NCBI GenBank assembly: GCA_963816395.1
Contig: CAWFKQ010000002.1
Location: 1 to 64,000, forward strand
Direction: 5' to 3'
Origin: an uncultured delta proteobacterium
GTDB lineage: Bacteria > Desulfobacterota > Desulfuromonadia > Desulfuromonadales > JACZKF01
DNA length: 64,000 nt
The position numbers and the translations under genes are program-made. Under the pieces are notes generated by a model. The model saw only the letters and a program-made list of their open reading frames with translations, was not told the origin of the DNA and made no database searches. This document shows positions 59,521-64,000 of this stretch, piece by piece. Within the stretch, counting starts at the first letter, position 1. Every line of letters begins with the position of its first letter.

Positions 59521-60861
59521 TCAATCCGCAGGGTCTTCCTGCGCCGCGCCGTTTTTGCGCCCGCCCCGACGCAGTTCCTCCCAGTAGCGCAGGCGCTCGC
59601 CGATGAGCTTCTCGTAGCCCCGCTCGACAGGCTGGTAGAAGCGCCGGCCCTGCAGGGCTTCCGGCAGATGCTCCTGGGGCAGATAACCCTGCTCGGAATC
59701 GTGGGCATAGCGGTAATTCCTGCCGTAGCCCAGTTCTTTCATCAGGCGGGTGGGGGCATTGCGAATATGCAGCGGTACCGGCAGGGCGCCGCTCCGACGC
59801 ACCTCCGCCAGGGCTTGCTCAATGCCGCGATAGGAGGCGTTGCTTTTCGGTGCAGTGGCCAGGTAAGTCACCGCCTGGGCCAGGTTTATGCGCCCCTCGG
59901 GCAGCCCGACGAAATGTACGGCCTGCTGCACCGTCATCGCAACCTGCAGGGCACGCGGATCGGCGTTGCCGACATCCTCGGAGGCGAAGATCACCATCCG
60001 CCGGGCGATGAACAGGGGATCTTCGCCGGCCTCCAGCATCCGCGCCAGCCAGTAAAGCGCGGCATCAGGATCGGAGCCGCGCAGGCTTTTGATGAAGGCG
60101 GAGATGACATTGTAGTGCTCCTCTGCTCCCTTGTCGTAGAGCAAAGCTTTTTTCTGCAGCGCTTCCTGAAAGTCCGTCGTCGTGATCTCGCCAGCAGCAG
60201 CTGCTGCCGCCACTTCCAGGGTGTTGAGGGCAATGCGGGCATCGCCATGCGCTTGCTCAGCCAGCCAGTCGAGGGCTTCTCCGGCCACCTGCAGTTTCTC
60301 CTCCGCCAGCCCTCGCGGGTCGGTGAGGGCGCGGCGCAGAAGGATGCCGATCGCCGCCGGGTCCAGGGGGTGCAGGACGAAAACCCGGGAACGGGAAAGG
60401 AGAGCGGAGTTGACCTCGAAGGAGGGGTTTTCGGTGGTGGCGCCGATGAGGATGATGTCCCCGCGTTCCACATAGGGGAGGAAGGCATCCTGCTGCGCCT
60501 TGTTGAAACGATGGATTTCGTCAACGAAAAGCAAGGTCTTGCGCCCGTGGAACGCCTTCTCCTCTTTTGCCCGGGCGACGATCTCCCGCACCTCTTTTAC
60601 CCCTTGCAGGACAGCGGAGAAGAAGATCAGGCGACTGGCGGTGGCGTGCGCAATGACCTGGCCGAGTGTCGTTTTGCCGGTCCCCGGCGGTCCCCAGAAA
60701 ATTACTGAAGAGAGACGGTCGGTTTCGATCAACCGGCGCAGCACCTTGCCTTCTCCGAGCAGGTGCTCCTGCCCTACCATTTCTTCAAGGGTGCGAGGGC
60801 GCAGTCTCTCGGCCAGGGGAATATCTCCCGCAGCCCTGCCTCCCTGCTCAAAAAGGTCCAT
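59521..60861 (-). CDS. rarA: Replication-associated recombination protein A
   Basis: PLAERLRP, WGPPGTGKTT, DEIHRFNKAQQD, ISAFIKSLRGSD. Confidence 0.96.
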   Translation of the reverse strand: MDLFEQGGRAAGDIPLAERLRPRTLEEMVGQEHLLGEGKVLRRLIETDRLSSVIFWGPPGTGKTTLGQVIAHATASRLIFFSAVLQGVKEVREIVARAKEEKAFHGRKTLLFVDEIHRFNKAQQDAFLPYVERGDIILIGATTENPSFEVNSALLSRSRVFVLHPLDPAAIGILLRRALTDPRGLAEEKLQVAGEALDWLAEQAHGDARIALNTLEVAAAAAAGEITTTDFQEALQKKALLYDKGAEEHYNVISAFIKSLRGSDPDAALYWLARMLEAGEDPLFIARRMVIFASEDVGNADPRALQVAMTVQQAVHFVGLPEGRINLAQAVTYLATAPKSNASYRGIEQALAEVRRSGALPVPLHIRNAPTRLMKELGYGRNYRYAHDSEQGYLPQEHLPEALQGRRFYQPVERGYEKLIGERLRYWEELRRGGRKNGAAQEDPAD

Positions 60862-61003
60862 CTCCAGGTCTCCAGAGGTCAAACGGAAGAAATCACTATA
60901 CGCCCGCTGCTACCCCCGTGCAAGGCCGTAAACCAGCGAAAGCGATAGACTTCACCGGAGGCGTGTGCTACATTTCAGCAGTTTTCGGAGGAGTGGGAAG
61001 AGC

Positions 61004-61862
61004 ATGAAGCGGATCGGAATCTACGCCAAGCGCAACCACCCCGACGCGGTGCGGATAGCCCGGGAGGTCGCCGATTGGCTGCAGGAGCGGGGGATCGAAG
61101 TTTTCTTCGACAACCCTTTGGCCGAGGAGATCGGCAAGGGCGTTCCCGGATACCCTGGCGGCTCCATCCCGGCCATGGTCGACCTGATCATCGTCCTTGG
61201 CGGCGACGGCACCCTGATTTCGGTGGCCCGCCTGGTGGGCGATCTGCGTACCCCCATTCTCGGCGTTAATCTGGGAAGCCTCGGTTTTCTCACCGAAATC
61301 ACCCTGGGGGAGATCTATCCTATCCTGGAGCAGGTGGTCCAGGGAGAGTTCACCGTTTCCAGCCGCATGATGCTCGAGGCGGTAGTGCGCCGGGGCTCTC
61401 TGGAGACCGGTCGCTACCGCGTCCTGAACGATGTGGTGATCAACAAGGGGGCGCTGGCCCGCATCATCGACATGGAGGCCTGGGTGGATGAGGCCTACCT
61501 GACCACGTTCAAGGCGGACGGCCTGATTATTGCCTCTCCTACGGGCTCCACTGGTTACAATCTTGCAGCCGGCGGCCCGATTATCTATCCCGGGCCTGAA
61601 CTGTCTGGTCGTCTCCCCTATCTGTCCGCACATGCTGACTAATCGGCCGATCATCGTTTCCGACCGGTCGGTTATCCGCGTGGAGGTCAAATTCCAGGAC
61701 GAGGACGTGGTGTTCACCGCCGATGGGCAGGTGGGCATGCCTCTGCTGGGGGGCGATGTGGTCGAAGTCAGGAAATCGCGCAGCAACACCCTGCTGGTGA
61801 AAAGTCCGACCAAAGACTATTTCGAGGTGCTGCGCACCAAACTGAGATGGGGGGAGAGATGA
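61004..61862 (+). CDS. nadK: NAD kinase (frameshift near 61595)
   Basis: LGGDGT, GVNLGSLGFL, LNDVV, PTGSTGYNLAAGG. Confidence 0.94.
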
Positions 61863-61869
61863 ATCTCAG

Positions 61870-61954
61870 GCAGGGCTGAGGCAAGAGGCAGAGGAGAACC
61901 TAGCCTTCAGGCCCTTGCCCCTCCCTCCTGCCCCTTGCCTCTAGCCGCTTGCCT
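61870..61954. repeat. GGC(T/A)NGA 7-mer inverted repeat
   Basis: GGGCTGA GGCAAGA GGCAGAG versus CCTCTAG CCGCTTG. Confidence 0.55.
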
Positions 61955-61964
61955 GGGATTTCTT

Positions 61965-63627
61965 ATGCTTATCGAACTGGCCATCCGCAACTTCGCTATT
62001 ATCGATCGCCTGCAGGTGCGTTTCAGCCGGGGTTTCAGCGTTCTCACCGGCGAGACGGGCGCAGGCAAGTCGATCATCATCGACGCCGTCGGTCTGCTCC
62101 TCGGCGAGCGGGCGCGTCCCGAACTGATCCGTACCGGGGAGGAGGAGGCGACGGTGGAAGCGCTGTTCGATCTTTCTGCCAGGCCGGAGGTGCGTCGGGA
62201 ATTGGCGGAAGCCGGTTTCGATGGGGAGGAGGAACTGCTGGCCAAACGGGTGATCTCGCGCGGCGGTAAAAACCGGGTTTATATTAACGGCTCCCTGGCC
62301 AAGCTGGCCCAGTTGGAGAGTGTTGTCGCGCAGTTGATTGCCATCTATGGTCAGCATGAGCACCAGCAGTTGCAGCGGACCGAAATTCATTTGGCGCTCC
62401 TCGACAGGTTCGCCGGTCTGGAAGGGGAGGTCGGCGCTTACCGGCACTTTTACCAGGAGGTTTCGGAAGCGGCGGAACGCCTGCGACAGTTGACGGAGGC
62501 AGAGCGTGAGCGACAGCACCGACTTGACCTGCTGGGTTTCCAGAGCCGGGAGATTGCCGGCGCTGGACTGCGGGAAGGGGAGGACGAAGAATTGCAGGCG
62601 GAGCGACTGCTGCTGCAGAACTCCGGCCGCCTTTCAACGGCCGCGGAGGGAGGGTATGACATCCTTTACGGCGCCGAGGGGGCGATATGCGAGCGTTTGG
62701 GCGCAGTTGCCAACGATCTTGAGGAGCTGACCGCCATCGAGCCCCGGTTCACAGAACTGGCGGAGACACTCCGCAGCTGTCTCTACTCCCTGGAGGATGC
62801 GGCCGGCCAGTTGCGCGGCTATGCTGGGCACATAGCATTCGACCCAGAGCGGCAGGCCCGGGTGGAGGAGCGGCTGGCTCAAATCGCTAGCCTGAAGCGC
62901 AAGTATGCCCCAACTCTTGGCGAAATTCTTCGTTGCCAACAGGAGATCGACCGGGAACTCGGGGAACTGACCGACGCCGAATCGGTTCGCGAGGGGTTAC
63001 AGAAGAAGATAATGGTCGCCCGCGAGCGTCTGCTGCTGGCCGGCAAGACCTTGTCCGCCGCTCGCCTGCAGGCAGGCCGCGCGGCTGCGGCAGTCGGTCG
63101 AAGCGGAACTGAAGGATCTCGCTCTGGATAAGGCTCACTTCGAAATTCGCTTCTTCCCTTTGACCGAACCGGGCCCCCAGGGACTGGAACGGGGGGAATT
63201 CTACCTCGCCCCCAACCCCGGGGAAGAGCCGCGGCCGTTGGCCTGGATCGCCTCAGGGGGAGAGCTCTCGCGCATCATGCTGGCGATCAAGAGGGCGGCG
63301 CCTGAGAGCGAGGGCATTCCGACCCTGGTTTTCGATGAGGTCGATGCCGGTATCGGCGGCGCGGCCGCCACCGCGGTCGGCCAGAAACTGGCAGGAGTGG
63401 CTCAAGGTGCTCAGGTACTCTGCATTACCCATTTGCCGCAGGTAGCCGCTTTCGCCGATAATCATTACCAGGTGGAAAAACGCGAAGAGGAAGGGCGGAC
63501 CCTGACTTCAGTGGTGCGCCTGGGTGAAGAAGAGCGGGTCCGGGAGATGGCGCGCATGCTCGGAGGTGCCCGGGTGACGGAGCGCACCTTGGAACACGCG
63601 CGGGAAATCATTGCCCAGTCGCGCTGA
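61965..63627 (+). CDS. recN: DNA repair protein RecN (frameshift near 63075)
   Basis: LTGETGAGKS, ASGGELSR, FDEVDAGIGG, ITHLPQVA. Confidence 0.95.
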
Positions 63628-63692
63628 TTTTGCCCAAAAACGTTCCCTTTCCGGTCAAATAACCGGACCGCCCAGGCCGAGGAGCCGTCTGC

Positions 63693-64000
63693 ATGATCCG
63701 CAAAGCGCGTATTCCGGATGCCAGGTCCATTCACAAGCTGCTCACCGATTATGCCCGGGAGGGGCTGATGCTCCCCCGTTCCCTCTCCGATATCTACGAG
63801 ACGATCCGGGATTTTTATGTCTTTGAGGAGTCCGGCCGGGTGGTGGGGACGGTTTGTCTGCACATCTGCTGGGAAGATCTGGCCGAGGTTCGTTCTCTGG
63901 CGGTAGCTGCGGATGCCGGTCGGCGGGGGATCGGTCGCCAGTTGGTTAAGGCCTGTCTTGAAGAGGCCCGAACCATCGGCGTACGGCGCGTTTTCGCTCT
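63693..64000 (+). CDS. argA: GNAT N-acetyltransferase, short ArgA-type; runs off window
   Basis: MIRKARI..GLMLPRSL..IRDF..WEDLAEVRSLAV..GRQLV. Confidence 0.8.
   Translation, partial: MIRKARIPDARSIHKLLTDYAREGLMLPRSLSDIYETIRDFYVFEESGRVVGTVCLHICWEDLAEVRSLAVAADAGRRGIGRQLVKACLEEARTIGVRRVFA

Overview
GC-rich chromosomal segment, most likely from a Desulfuromonadales/Geobacteraceae-type deltaproteobacterium (inferred from the fur-feoB-small Cys protein-ideR block, the cytochrome c-narGHJI-narK-narK block and the nadK-recN-argA order). Left to right: 3' end of a type I-E CRISPR-Cas locus (DUF1016/YhcG nuclease, cas1, cas2, 24-unit array); NtrC-type two-component pair; tlpA-ccdA; Fur-regulated iron uptake; kup; respiratory nitrate reductase operon with two NarK transporters; acyl-CoA synthetase and M24 peptidase; cell-envelope genes; AttEFGH-like ABC system; PAS-GGDEF-EAL protein; purine salvage genes around tRNA-Ala(GGC); purC, ppiD, mreBCD-mrdA-rodA, rarA, nadK, recN, argA-like. 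About 20 genes, including mreB and nadK, carry short indel frameshifts, best explained as uncorrected long-read errors, so joined gene boundaries are approximate. The most unusual signal is non-coding: the ~500 bp gap after narK2 holds two divergent, back-to-back structured elements that each fold into two parallel loop modules and resemble IS110-family non-coding ends (bridge RNA-like) with no transposase in the window; this rests on hand folding and recollection and needs a search. Other highlights: a GTAG-type REP replacing the end of a CRISPR repeat, twin TTGAC-N4-GTCAA boxes with identical promoter geometry, a DARS-like DnaA box trio, two unlisted micro-ORFs, and a NarK with an inserted soluble domain.
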